This document shows, piece by piece, positions 18,469 to 28,497 of a stretch of DNA of 64,000 bases (the first letter of the stretch is position 1; every line of letters begins with the position of its first letter). Origin of the DNA: an uncultured Solirubrobacterales bacterium (GTDB lineage: Bacteria > Actinomycetota > Thermoleophilia > Solirubrobacterales > Solirubrobacteraceae); the NCBI GenBank assembly GCA_963735965.1, contig CAVTNE010000010.1, positions 230,503 through 294,502 of the forward strand, written 5' to 3'. The notes below the pieces were generated by a model that ran no database searches, was not told where the DNA came from, and saw only the letters and a list, made by a program, of their open reading frames with translations. Position numbers and translations under genes: made by a program.

Positions 18469-20319
18469 ATGAGTGACTCCGCCTTCTGGCGCGAGCTCGG
18501 ACAGCAGCTACGCGTCGACTCCATCCGGTCCAGCGACGCCGCCGGGTCCGGCCATCCGACTTCCTCGATGTCGGCCGCCGACCTCATCGCCGTGCTGATG
18601 GCCAACCACCTGCATTACGACTTCGACAAGCCCGACGATCCCCGCAACGATCACCTGATCTTCTCCAAGGGGCACGCCTCGCCGCTGTACTACAGCTTCC
18701 TCAAGGCAGCCGGTGCGATCACCGACGACGAGCTGCTCACGTTCCGCAAGCTCGGCAGCCGCCTCGAGGGCCATCCCACGCCCATCCTGCCCTGGGTGGA
18801 CGTCGCCACCGGCTCGCTCGGGCAGGGGCTGCCGATCGGCGTCGGCGTCGCCCTGGCGGGCAAGCGCCTCGACCAGCTGCCCTACCGGGTGTGGGTGCTG
18901 TGCGGCGACAGCGAGATCGCGGAAGGATCGATCTGGGAGGCGTTCGAGCACGCCGCGTTCAACAAGCTCGACAACCTCACGGCGATCATCGACGTCAACC
19001 GCCTCGGCCAGACCCGCGAGACCATGCACGGCTGGGATCTCGATTCCTATGCCGACCGCGCGCTCGCATTCGGCTGGCACGCGATCGAGATCGACGGCCA
19101 CGACGTCGACGCGATCGACCGCGCCTACACGGAGGCGGCGGAGGCGCACGACCGCCCGACCGTGATCGTCGCCAGGACGAAGAAGGGCAAAGGCGCGAGC
19201 GAGGTCGAGGACAAGGAGGGCAAGCACGGGAAGCCGCTGTCCGATCCCAAGAAGGCGATCGAGGAACTCGGCGGCGAGCGCTCGCTGACGGTTTCGGTGG
19301 CCAAGCCGACGGGAAACGCCGAGCCTCACCGGATCGACCCCGGCGCCGACGTCCCGTGGCCGAGTTGGGGACCCGATGACGAGGTCGCCACCCGGCGCGC
19401 CTACGGCGACGCGCTCGCGGCGCTCGGAAGCGAGCGGACCGATGTCGTCGCGCTCGACGGTGAGGTGTCGAACTCGACGTATTCGGAGCTGTTCGCCAAG
19501 GCGCATCCCGACCGCTACTTCGAGATGTTCATCGCCGAGCAGCAGATGGTCGCGGCGGCCGTCGGTCTGCAGGTGCGCCACTACCGGCCATTTGCGTCGA
19601 CGTTCGCGGCGTTCTTCTCGCGGGCCTACGACTTCGTGCGTATGGCGGCGATCAGCCGCGCTCGCATGTGCCTCGTGGGATCGCACGCCGGCGTGTCAAT
19701 CGGCGAGGACGGCCCGTCCCAGATGGCGCTGGAGGACCTCGCGATCTTCCGCGCCGTTCATTCGAGCACCGTCCTATACCCGTCCGACCCCAATCAGGCA
19801 GCGGCGCTGGTACGCGCGATGGCCGACTATCGCGGGATCGCGTATATGCGGACGACGCGAGGCGCGACGCCCACGATCTACGGACCGGACGACCGGTTCG
19901 AGATCGGCGGCTCGACCGTCCTGCGCTCGTCCGACGACGATCAGGTCACGCTCATCGGCGCGGGCGTCACGCTCCACGAGGCGCTCAAGGCCGCCGACGA
20001 ATTGAGCGCGCAGGGCATCGCCGCTCGGGTGATCGATCTCTACTCGGTCAAGCCCGTCGACGAGGAGACCGTCCGCCAGGCGGCCGCCGACACCGGCGCG
20101 ATCATTACCGTCGAGGACCACTGGCCCGAAGGCGGGATTGGCGACGCCGTCCTCGCTGCGCTGGCGGAGGTCGAGGGCGTACGCGTGCATAAGCTGGCCG
20201 TGACTGGGATGCCGGGTTCCGGCAAGCCGGCCGAGCTGCTACACGAGTTCGGGATCGACTCCGACGCGATCGTCGCCGCCGCCCAGGACCTGGTGCGCAC
20301 GCCCGCCGGCGCGAAATAA
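18469..20319 (+). CDS. tkt: Transketolase (short, eukaryote-like type)
   Basis: SGHPTSSMS, SKGHA, EGHP, TGSLGQG, GDSEIAEG, IAEQ, GEDGPSQ. Confidence 0.92.
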   Translation: MSDSAFWRELGQQLRVDSIRSSDAAGSGHPTSSMSAADLIAVLMANHLHYDFDKPDDPRNDHLIFSKGHASPLYYSFLKAAGAITDDELLTFRKLGSRLEGHPTPILPWVDVATGSLGQGLPIGVGVALAGKRLDQLPYRVWVLCGDSEIAEGSIWEAFEHAAFNKLDNLTAIIDVNRLGQTRETMHGWDLDSYADRALAFGWHAIEIDGHDVDAIDRAYTEAAEAHDRPTVIVARTKKGKGASEVEDKEGKHGKPLSDPKKAIEELGGERSLTVSVAKPTGNAEPHRIDPGADVPWPSWGPDDEVATRRAYGDALAALGSERTDVVALDGEVSNSTYSELFAKAHPDRYFEMFIAEQQMVAAAVGLQVRHYRPFASTFAAFFSRAYDFVRMAAISRARMCLVGSHAGVSIGEDGPSQMALEDLAIFRAVHSSTVLYPSDPNQAAALVRAMADYRGIAYMRTTRGATPTIYGPDDRFEIGGSTVLRSSDDDQVTLIGAGVTLHEALKAADELSAQGIAARVIDLYSVKPVDEETVRQAAADTGAIITVEDHWPEGGIGDAVLAALAEVEGVRVHKLAVTGMPGSGKPAELLHEFGIDSDAIVAAAQDLVRTPAGAK

Positions 20320-20347
20320 CGAGCGGGTCGCGGTCGGCGGCCCGGGG

Positions 20348-20387
20348 GTGAAGCGTGGATCGCGCTTAGGAAGAAGCGCGGTTCACC
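20348..20387. terminator. Stem-loop between convergent tkt and MscS-family genes
   Basis: GGTGAA...TTCACC enclosing CGCGCTT-AGGAAG-AAGCGCG; no U-tract. Confidence 0.4.
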
Positions 20388-20399
20388 GCCGGCGCGGGC

Positions 20400-21452
20400 C
20401 TACGGGAGTTGCCGCCCGACGGGAGTTGCCGCCCTGGGGCGGCCGTCCTCCTTGGTCGGCTCGTCTCCGTCGTTGGCCGCCGGCGGATGCTTGCCGTCGT
20501 CGGCGATGACCGCGTGCTCACCGGTTACGCTCGCGAGCGCGTCGATGATCTCGTCGGCCAAGCGGGCGCCGTCATCGGGACGGTCAGGTGTTGCCTGAAC
20601 CCTCACGATCACGTCATCCCCATCGAGCTCCTGGAGGTTCACCGTCACCGGTCGGCGGGTCGGCGTCTCGACCCCGTCGTCGAGAATCTTCTGGACCTGC
20701 GTCACGGGGATGCCCTTGCCGAGCCGGACCTTCACATCGACGGATTCGGGTTCCCTTATCGGGACGACCACGGCCGATAGCACGACGTTGTTCGGCACCA
20801 TGATCCGGTCGTCCCCCTGGACGAGCGTCGTGTAGAGCAGGCCGAGCGAGCTGACGATCCCTTCGATCTGGCCGCCAACCGCCCCCGCCTGGAAGCGCAC
20901 GCGCTCGCCGACGCGGAACGGTCGTGCGCTGAGCAGCACCATGCCGGCGAACAGGTTGCCGAGCGTCTGCTGCGCCGCGAGACCGAGGATCACCGCGGTG
21001 AACGCGCTCGTTGCGACGAGCGAACCGGCGCTCAGTCCTGCGACGTCCAGCGCGACGACGACGGTGATCACGACGGTCACGAGCCGGACCAGGAAGCCGA
21101 CTGTGCCGGCCGTTCCCGGATCCATGCGCCGGAAGAACGTGGGTCCCGCGATTCGGCCGATGTCGCGGGCGATCGCCCAGCCCAACCCGAGCAGCGCGAC
21201 TACCGCCGCGATCTGGATCACGGTCACCAAGGTGCTGCCGGGATGGACGCCGAACCAATTCCGGTAGTTGTCGTACACCACGACGACGGCGATGAACGCC
21301 ACGATGAGAACAGCGGCGCGCCGGCGCGCTGCGCTGACGCCCTTCTGATTGCTGTCTACAGCAAGGCCGACGCGCTCCCACTCGTCGCTGCGGGTCTCGA
21401 ACATCTGATCGAGACGGAAATCTGGTCTTGGTGGCTTAAAGCGTTGTGGCAT
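20400..21452 (-). CDS. Small-conductance mechanosensitive channel (MscS family)
   Basis: TM helices followed by GLAAQQTLGNLFAG, RPFRVGERV, IMVPN. Confidence 0.9.
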   Translation of the reverse strand: MPQRFKPPRPDFRLDQMFETRSDEWERVGLAVDSNQKGVSAARRRAAVLIVAFIAVVVVYDNYRNWFGVHPGSTLVTVIQIAAVVALLGLGWAIARDIGRIAGPTFFRRMDPGTAGTVGFLVRLVTVVITVVVALDVAGLSAGSLVATSAFTAVILGLAAQQTLGNLFAGMVLLSARPFRVGERVRFQAGAVGGQIEGIVSSLGLLYTTLVQGDDRIMVPNNVVLSAVVVPIREPESVDVKVRLGKGIPVTQVQKILDDGVETPTRRPVTVNLQELDGDDVIVRVQATPDRPDDGARLADEIIDALASVTGEHAVIADDGKHPPAANDGDEPTKEDGRPRAATPVGRQLP

Positions 21453-21522
21453 TTGTCTCGTTGTGCGCCTTGCGAATCCCTTCTACCTATCACCGGTGGG
21501 CATCGACGGTTTCATGAGAAGC

Positions 21523-23601
21523 TCAGAATAGGCGACCCTGGTCAGGCGCCCATGCCGTTTCGTTTCGCGCGGAATTTGCGTCCTCCTGGTCCGGTTTGCG
21601 CGGCCCGTACCGCCCTCGCATCCGCCCGGTCGGCGTCAGATCGGGGCCCTTCACGAGCTCGCTCAAGTGCTTACGCTCGTCCGGCGGAGCGTAAGCGCCT
21701 CGCTGGTACAGCTTCCTATAACGGTCTACCAGATCCGGACGATGGTTCCGCAACCAATCGAAGAACAGCCCCTTCACGTCGGCCCGGAGATGCAGCGCGA
21801 TGCCGGTCACGTAAGCCGCTCCCGCCTCTGAAGCCAGCTCCAGGATCTTCGCAACCTGCTCGGGCTCGTCGTTGATCCCCGGCATCAGCGGCGCGATCAG
21901 CACGCCCGTCCTGATTCCGGCGCGGGTCAGCTCCGCCACCGCCTCCAGCCGCGCCCGCGGGTTGGGCGTGTGCGGCTCGGTCGCCCGCCAAGCCCGCTCA
22001 TCGAGCGTCGGCACCGACAGCGCGGCGCTGAACTCCGTCCGCTCGGCGATCTGCTTCATCAGCGCCAGGTCCCGCAGCAGCAACGGCGATTTCGTCAACA
22101 CCGAGCACGGATTCGCCGCGTCGCGCATCGCCTCCCATATCCCCGGCATCAGCTTGTAGCGCCCCTCGACCCACTGGTACGGATCAGTGTTCGTGCCGAG
22201 CGCCACGTGCTCACGCGCCCACTTCGGCCGCGCCAGCTCCGCCCGCAGCAGCTCGGGCGCGTTGACCTTCACCACGATCTCCCGCTCGAAATCCCGCCCG
22301 GCGTTGAAGTCGAGGTACTTGTGCGTCGGCCGGGCGAAGCAGTTGTGGCTGACCACCCCGTCGGCGATGAAGTCGCCCGTCCCGGTGGTGATGTCGTAGA
22401 GCGGCATCACCTGCCCAAGCGGCTCGATCTCGACCACTCTGAGGTCCGCGAACGCCTTGACCATCTGCCCCTCGATATGGCGCTTGCGCGTGATCGCTGG
22501 GTCAGTCAGGTGGAAGAACCGCAGGTGCTCCGATAGTCCGCCGCGGATGCGGATGCACTTGAGACCATTGGCGTTGTCCGTCCGATCGATGCCCACGTCG
22601 AACCCCAGCCGTCGCGCGCACGCCTCGGTCCATGCGAGGATCTCGGGGTCAGTGTTGGCGATCCTCAGGGCGAACGCGCTGCGACTGCCCTCGGCATCGA
22701 AGATCCCGGCCAGGAATCCTCGGCACCATTGCAAGCTCGGTGGTATCGGCCACTCGATCAGATCACCTTCCCGTTCGAAGGAACCGGCGCTCTGGGCGGT
22801 GATCGCGACCATCTCGCGGTGCGCGAACGACGCCACTTGGAACACTCGTTCACCCGTGTCGGCATCCGCCGCGGAGAGGAATTCTCGCGCTCGCCGGAGC
22901 GCCTCCAGATCGGTGAGTGCCAGCCGGAACCGGTAGCCCGCATAACGCCCGCCATTCGCCCGTCGGCATTCGTACGAGCGCAGCGTGCCGTCGCCGCGGA
23001 CGATCCCGCAGACGTACCCGCGACGGTAGTCGGCATCGTGTTCCGGCTGCGGCGCGAACGCCGCCGTTCCGACGAGCCTGTTGCGCGTCGTGAGATGCGG
23101 TCGATCCGGCTGGCCCGGGGCGCTGTTGACGACATGCTTCCAGCCTCGGTTGCTGAGCAGCCGATGGTCGCCGCCGACGATCAACTCCGTCCCGGCCTCC
23201 AGGGTCACCCGGTAAGCCGGCTTGACGGCGATCCACTTATCAAGCACCGTCGTAGACGCGTATTGCCGGTATCCCGACGTCCCCACCTCGGTCCCGTAGA
23301 TGGCCTCCCCCACCTCGAGATCAGCGATCGGCTTGTGTGTCCCATCCGCCATCAGAACCGGCGTTTCCCCGGCCTGGCAGTAGACACACGCGTGCGTGCA
23401 GCCGCGATAGGGGTTGATCGTCCACCGGAACGGCACCTGCGACGCCTCTGGGACTCTGTTCAGAATCGACTTGGCCCGGACCTCGTAGAACCTCGTCTCG
23501 ACAGCCTCGGGTGCGTCGAAATGGCGCACGACCGCTCCGTCCCGGTAACCCGGGAGCCGGGCTCGCTCCTCAATATCGTTTTCAAGGTTGCTCCAGCGCA
23601 C
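21523..23601 (-). CDS. Rv2578c-family (SplB-like) radical SAM protein, intein-containing
   Basis: WTINPYRGCTHACVY...CFARPTH, GTNTDPYQ, LTKS, EPHTP. GTG start at 23601 (alternative 23607). Confidence 0.92.
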   Translation of the reverse strand: MRWSNLENDIEERARLPGYRDGAVVRHFDAPEAVETRFYEVRAKSILNRVPEASQVPFRWTINPYRGCTHACVYCQAGETPVLMADGTHKPIADLEVGEAIYGTEVGTSGYRQYASTTVLDKWIAVKPAYRVTLEAGTELIVGGDHRLLSNRGWKHVVNSAPGQPDRPHLTTRNRLVGTAAFAPQPEHDADYRRGYVCGIVRGDGTLRSYECRRANGGRYAGYRFRLALTDLEALRRAREFLSAADADTGERVFQVASFAHREMVAITAQSAGSFEREGDLIEWPIPPSLQWCRGFLAGIFDAEGSRSAFALRIANTDPEILAWTEACARRLGFDVGIDRTDNANGLKCIRIRGGLSEHLRFFHLTDPAITRKRHIEGQMVKAFADLRVVEIEPLGQVMPLYDITTGTGDFIADGVVSHNCFARPTHKYLDFNAGRDFEREIVVKVNAPELLRAELARPKWAREHVALGTNTDPYQWVEGRYKLMPGIWEAMRDAANPCSVLTKSPLLLRDLALMKQIAERTEFSAALSVPTLDERAWRATEPHTPNPRARLEAVAELTRAGIRTGVLIAPLMPGINDEPEQVAKILELASEAGAAYVTGIALHLRADVKGLFFDWLRNHRPDLVDRYRKLYQRGAYAPPDERKHLSELVKGPDLTPTGRMRGRYGPRKPDQEDANSARNETAWAPDQGRLF
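22342..23379 (-). mobile_element. Intein (346 aa) with LAGLIDADG homing endonuclease
   Basis: N-terminal CQAGETPVLMADG, block B GGDHRLL, LAGLIDADG-like GYVCGIVRGDG and GFLAGIFDAEG, C-terminal YDITTGTGDFIADGVVSHN followed by +1 Cys. Confidence 0.93.
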
Positions 23602-23614
23602 GAACACATGTTCG
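23601..23614. promoter_or_regulatory. LexA SOS box
   Basis: Perfect CGAAC-ACAT-GTTCG, the Gram-positive/actinobacterial consensus, overlapping the start of the radical SAM gene. Confidence 0.85.
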
Positions 23615-23665
23615 CATGTGCGCCGGACGGACCCTTAAGAACCCTCCGAAAGCACCCCGCGAGGC

Positions 23666-26662
23666 CTATTTGCCGAGGCTGAGGAGGTGACCGAACCGGC
23701 CCAGCTGGAGCGCCGAGGCCTCCAGCGACAGCGCGATCTGCGCGTCGGGCTCGATGCTGTCGTGCGTCAGCAGCTCGAGCAGGCCGATCGTCGACGTTCC
23801 GCTCCGGACCGGCAGCAGAAGCGCGGAACTCATCCCGTGTGCCGCCGCGGTCTGGAGCCGCTGGTCGTCGACCGCGTCGATGTCGGTCAGCCAGGTTAGG
23901 TGTGGCGCCTGGAGCGCCTGGTCGAGCAGCGAGCCGTCGCGCTTGAGGCCTGCCTCCCAGGTCAGCGCCTCGAACCGGTCGAGCCCGCGATGCGCGGTCC
24001 AGGTGGCCGCGCACCCGAGGCCGTCTGACTCATCGGGAAGCCATGCCGTCACGGTGTCCCAGCCACCCTCTGAGCCGAGCACCTCGACGGTCTCCTTCAA
24101 GACGTTCCGCCACACCGACTCGCGGGCGAGCGAGGCGGCCAGCGTGCGCTTGGCCGTCGGCTGCCAGCTGACGCCGGGTGCGGTCTGCGGCTGAGTCGCC
24201 TCGCGAACCGACTCGAGGGTGGCCAGCTCGACCGCGGGCAGAACCGTGTCCGGAGAGCCGGCGTCTTCGTCCGAGACGACTTCGTCCGAGACCTCGACCG
24301 CAGGCACCGGGTCGGGCTCGGGATCGGAGACCGCATCCGGTTCCACGGCGCGCTCTTGAATCCGCGTTTCGAGCTGCTCCTCGAGCTTCGCGATCGTCGC
24401 CTCCGCCTCCTCGGCCCTCACGCGGCCGTTCTCGAGCTCGCCTTCGAGCTCCGCGACGCGCGCCTGCCCACGCTCGACCTCGCTCTCAAGCTCCGCGACC
24501 CGCGCCTGCCCTCCCGAGACCTCGCTCTCAAGCTCCGCGACCCGCCCGCGCCCCAGCTCGACCTCGCCCTCGAGCCTCGCGACCTGCGCCTTCCCCAGCG
24601 CAGCCTCGCGCTCGGCGTCGTGGGCGCGCTCGACCGCCATCTTGAGCTCGGCCTCGAGTTGCTCGAGCCGCGACTGCCAGCGCACGAGCTCGTCGTCGAG
24701 CCCAGCCACCCGGGCGGTCCCGCGCGCGAGCTCGGCCTCGGCGGTCTTCGCGCGGTTGCGCCATTGCTCAATCTCGGCGTCGGCCTTCTCGATCCGCGCG
24801 AGAGCCGCCTTCGCGTCGCCTTCGGCGTTCTCTACCCGCGCCACCGCAAGCTCGAGCTCGCCCTCGGCTTTGTCGGCGCGCGTGACCGCGACGCGAAGCT
24901 CGCCCTCGGCCTTGTCCGCCCGCGCCACCGCGAACTGCAGCTGGTTTTCCGCCTTGTCGGCCGCGGTGGCCGCGAACTCGACCTCCCGCTCGGCCTTGTC
25001 GGCCCGGGCGATCGCTTGCCGGAGCTCGCCCTCGAGCTCCTGTGTCCGCTCATGCGACTGCTCATGCGACTGCTCGAGGACGCCGGCGCGGACCCGTTCG
25101 CGCTCGAGGTCGCCTGTCAGCTCGCGCAACCGCTCCTGGGCGCCGACAGCGCCCTCCTGCAATGCCGCGACCTGCTTGCGCTCCTGCTCGAGCTCGCCGG
25201 TCAGCGCCGCCCTGGCCCTGATCGTGGCGTCGCGCTCCGCCACAGCTTGCGCCAGCGCGGCCTCGGCCGCCGCTCGCGCCTTCTCGGCCGCGATCAGCTG
25301 CGCTCCGGAGTCGTCGCTGCTGTGCTGACGCTCGAGCTTCGCCAGGTGCTCGCGTGCCTGCTTGGCCTCGAGCTCTAGCGCTGCCCTGGCGTTCGCCGTC
25401 GACTCGCGCTCCGCGACCACGGCCGCCCGCGCCGCCTCCGCCTCGGTGCGCGCCTTCTCGACGTCGGCTCGGGCCGCCTCGGCATCGGCCCGGGCCCGCT
25501 CCAGTTCGGTCCGCGCCGCATCGGCGTCGGCGCGGGCGCGCTTGACCTCGGTGCGCGCGGCTTCGGCATCGTCGCCGAGCCGCTGTCTGACGAGCGTGAG
25601 CGTTCGCTCGAGCTCCTCGGCACGCTCGCGCTCACGCCCCAGGGCGCGCTCGAGATCAGCCGCTTGCGCCGCCAGCGCCACTTCGGCGTCTCCCCGCTCT
25701 GCGTCGCCGGCCGCAAGCTTGCGCTCGAGATCGCTTAGCCGCGCCTGGGCGGTCTTCAGTTCGGCGGCCAGCTCCTCGTTCGCACCCAAGGCGGCGTCGC
25801 GCTCGGCGATCGCCGTCGCGCGCTCCGCCCTCGCCTCGGCAACCGCCGCCTGCTGCTCGCGATCGGTCCCGCCCGACACCGGCTCGCTGGTGGTGGTCGC
25901 GGGCGCCGACCGGCCGCGGGCATCGGGGAGCACGCCCCATTCGGCGAGCATCTCGGCGCGCACGCTCTCGGCATCCAGGCGGCTCCAGCGCTCGATTCGC
26001 AAAAGCCGCGCAGCTTCGCTGCGCGCGACGTTGGCCTCTGACGAGGGCGCCGCGACACCACAGACAAGCGTCGGCACGCCCTTGGCGTCGCCGACCGGGA
26101 ACCGGAGGACCACCAGCGCATCGCGCCCCTGGTAGGGCCCGACGAAATACTCCAGCTGAAGGGGCTCCTCAACCTCGCCCTCGCGTTCCTGTAGGCGAGG
26201 GCCGTCGACCGTTTCGGCGGGTGGGAGCTCCGCGTCGGTACGGCCGAGTAGTTTCTCCTCGGTGGTGTCGAGGAACGTCGTGAAGCGGGAGTTCACCCGG
26301 ACATAGCGACCGTCGAGATCCTTGAGCCAGACGATCGCGGGGCTCTCGTCGAGCGCCCCGTCGAGCAGCGCTCCGCCCGCATCGCCGAGCGACGGCAGCT
26401 CGTCCGTCGGCAAATTGATCAGTACGTGCCGCTCGCCGGCACGGTCGGAAACGGCCGCGATATCGACGGCAACCCCGTCGAGCTTCAGTACCGCGGCGTT
26501 AGCCTGGCCGTCGAGAACGCGCTGGAGCTCGGGGGACTGCTTGAAGAGCTCCTCCATGTCCTTGTACCACCGGCGGAACGGCTCCGTGCTGTGCTCGAGG
26601 CGGCCGTCCTCGCCGAGCAACCCGAGAGCAGGCATATTCGTGGCCGCAGCAAGGGTGGCCAT
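23666..26662 (-). CDS. PAS - long coiled coil - GAF protein
   Basis: PAS motif (AIVWLKDLDGRYVRVN...LLGRTD), about 500 aa of A/E/R-rich heptads, C-terminal GAF-like fold (GMSSALLLPVRSG...IGLLEL). Confidence 0.75.
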   Translation of the reverse strand: MATLAAATNMPALGLLGEDGRLEHSTEPFRRWYKDMEELFKQSPELQRVLDGQANAAVLKLDGVAVDIAAVSDRAGERHVLINLPTDELPSLGDAGGALLDGALDESPAIVWLKDLDGRYVRVNSRFTTFLDTTEEKLLGRTDAELPPAETVDGPRLQEREGEVEEPLQLEYFVGPYQGRDALVVLRFPVGDAKGVPTLVCGVAAPSSEANVARSEAARLLRIERWSRLDAESVRAEMLAEWGVLPDARGRSAPATTTSEPVSGGTDREQQAAVAEARAERATAIAERDAALGANEELAAELKTAQARLSDLERKLAAGDAERGDAEVALAAQAADLERALGRERERAEELERTLTLVRQRLGDDAEAARTEVKRARADADAARTELERARADAEAARADVEKARTEAEAARAAVVAERESTANARAALELEAKQAREHLAKLERQHSSDDSGAQLIAAEKARAAAEAALAQAVAERDATIRARAALTGELEQERKQVAALQEGAVGAQERLRELTGDLERERVRAGVLEQSHEQSHERTQELEGELRQAIARADKAEREVEFAATAADKAENQLQFAVARADKAEGELRVAVTRADKAEGELELAVARVENAEGDAKAALARIEKADAEIEQWRNRAKTAEAELARGTARVAGLDDELVRWQSRLEQLEAELKMAVERAHDAEREAALGKAQVARLEGEVELGRGRVAELESEVSGGQARVAELESEVERGQARVAELEGELENGRVRAEEAEATIAKLEEQLETRIQERAVEPDAVSDPEPDPVPAVEVSDEVVSDEDAGSPDTVLPAVELATLESVREATQPQTAPGVSWQPTAKRTLAASLARESVWRNVLKETVEVLGSEGGWDTVTAWLPDESDGLGCAATWTAHRGLDRFEALTWEAGLKRDGSLLDQALQAPHLTWLTDIDAVDDQRLQTAAAHGMSSALLLPVRSGTSTIGLLELLTHDSIEPDAQIALSLEASALQLGRFGHLLSLGK
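24438..25035 (-). repeat. 42-nt (14-aa) coding tandem repeats in the coiled coil
   Basis: Units such as ARADKAEGELRVAV and GQARVAELESEVER, several copies each. Boundaries approximate. Confidence 0.75.
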
Positions 26663-26789
26663 TACCGCTCCACTGATCCGTGGATCGCTCCCACAATCAG
26701 CGTTTCGGCGGGCTTAGAGCACGGAACCGCTGCAATCCCGGCCTCTGGACGGATGTCCACTTTGCCGAGTTGGCGAAACTGGACGAATG

Positions 26790-28112
26790 TCAGCGCGCGG
26801 CGCGGCTCAGGATCGATTCCTGGCCCAAAAGCGTCTGGCTCGTGGCGTTCAGGATCTCGACTTCGACCAGCTCTCCGGGGGCCCCGAACCCCGCGAAGTT
26901 CACGACCTTGTTGTGCCGCGAGCGTCCCCGCAGACGGGATGGATCGGTACGCGAGGGACCTTCGACGAGCACCTCGAGCGTCCGGCCAACGAATCGCTGA
27001 GCCCGCTCGTGCGCGCGTCGCTGAACCACCTCTACGAGGCGCTGCAGCCGATCGACCTTCAGCTCATGCTGCACCTGATCCGGCAGCCCGGCGGCTTCAG
27101 TGCCGCGGCGCGGCGAGTAGATGAACGTGAACGCTCCGTCGTAGCCGACCTCCTCGGCGACCTCGAGCGTCCGCTCGAAGTCCGCCTCGGTCTCGCCCGG
27201 GAAGCCGACGATGATGTCCGTCGTAAGCGCGCAGTCCGGCACGTGCTCGCGGATCATCGCGACGCGATCCAGGTAGCGCTCGCGCGTATACGTGCGCCGC
27301 ATCCGCTTGAGCACCGCGCTCGACCCGGATTGGAGCGGCAGGTGGATGTGCTCGCAGAGCGCCGGCAGCTCTGCGTGGGCGCGGATCACGTCCTCGCGCA
27401 TGTCCTTGGGATGCGGGCTGGTGTACCGGATCCGGTCGATCCCCTCGACCGCGTCGACCCGCCCGAGCAGCTCGGCGAACGTGGTGCGCTTCTCGCGCGG
27501 CAGGTCGCGCCCGTAGGAGTTGACGTTCTGGCCGAGCAGCGTCACCTCGCGGACGCCATCCTCTGCGAGAGCCTGGACCTCGGTCACGAGCTCATCCGCC
27601 GACCGGCTGACCTCCCGGCCGCGGGTCGAAGGGACGATGCAATACGAGCACACGCAGTTGCAGCCGACGCTGATCTGCACCCAGGCGTGGTGATCGCGTG
27701 CCCGCTTCGCGGGGAGGTGGCCGGTGAATCCCTCGAACTCGAAGTAGCCCTGGGCCGTGAGCGAATCGCTGACCAGGAACTCGGCGAGCTTGTGCACCTG
27801 ACCGGGTCCGAAGGCGACGTCGACGAACGGGAACCGCGCGAACACCTCCTCCTTGACCGACTGCGCCCAGCAACCACCGACCCCGACCACCACACCGGGA
27901 CGCTCGGACTTGAGCCGCTTGGCCTCACCCAGATGCGCCACGAACCGGCTATCCGCCTTCTCGCGGATCGAGCACGTGTTGAACAGGATCAGGTCGGCCT
28001 GATCGCGCGCCGGCGCCTCGGCATAGCCGAGCGACTCGAGCATGCCCTTCATCCGCTCGGAGTCGTGCTCGTTCATCTGGCACCCGAAGGTGGTGACGTG
28101 ATAGGTCCGCAC
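26790..28112 (-). CDS. miaB: tRNA-i6A37 methylthiotransferase
   Basis: TFGCQMNEHDSE, NTCSIRE, GCNCVCSYCIVP, LLGQNVNSYG, IIVGFPGET, TRAM domain. Confidence 0.96.
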   Translation of the reverse strand: MRTYHVTTFGCQMNEHDSERMKGMLESLGYAEAPARDQADLILFNTCSIREKADSRFVAHLGEAKRLKSERPGVVVGVGGCWAQSVKEEVFARFPFVDVAFGPGQVHKLAEFLVSDSLTAQGYFEFEGFTGHLPAKRARDHHAWVQISVGCNCVCSYCIVPSTRGREVSRSADELVTEVQALAEDGVREVTLLGQNVNSYGRDLPREKRTTFAELLGRVDAVEGIDRIRYTSPHPKDMREDVIRAHAELPALCEHIHLPLQSGSSAVLKRMRRTYTRERYLDRVAMIREHVPDCALTTDIIVGFPGETEADFERTLEVAEEVGYDGAFTFIYSPRRGTEAAGLPDQVQHELKVDRLQRLVEVVQRRAHERAQRFVGRTLEVLVEGPSRTDPSRLRGRSRHNKVVNFAGFGAPGELVEVEILNATSQTLLGQESILSRAAR

Positions 28113-28177
28113 TGTCGGCAAGGGTACCTCGGTGCCTGGCCGGGTCGCGGAGCAGGGCGCCGGGCCTGAACCCCCGC

Positions 28178-28369
28178 CTAGCCAGAGCGACGGTCGTGAC
28201 CTCGGCCGGGAGAGAACGTGTAGGCGACGCTGATCACCAGTGCGACCAACCCGACAATGAAGATGATCGTCCCAGCGGTCTGGATGTTGATCCAGCTGAC
28301 GTGAGCCGTGACGGCCCACTTCAGGATCCCGCCAACCGCGATCAGGAGGATTGCCGCTCCAATCGTCAC
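28178..28369 (-). CDS. Small two-TM membrane protein (DUF6458-like)
   Basis: TIGAAILLIAVGGILKWAV...GTIIFIVGLVALVI pattern common in actinobacteria. Confidence 0.7.
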   Translation of the reverse strand: MTIGAAILLIAVGGILKWAVTAHVSWINIQTAGTIIFIVGLVALVISVAYTFSPGRGHDRRSG

Positions 28370-28497
28370 CGTGCAGGCCCACCTCGGGGTGCTTTTGCCA
28401 CTCGTCGAACGATTGACCTCGACTCTAGTCCTCCCGCGATCGGTCGGTAACCGTCTTTTAACAGTTTTGCTCCGGAACAGGGAAGCCTCTCTGCGCC

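Noticed and set aside
26690-26720. Sigma-28-like promoter before the PAS-coiled-coil gene
   Set aside because: CTAAG...GCTGATTG has the wrong spacing and a weak match.
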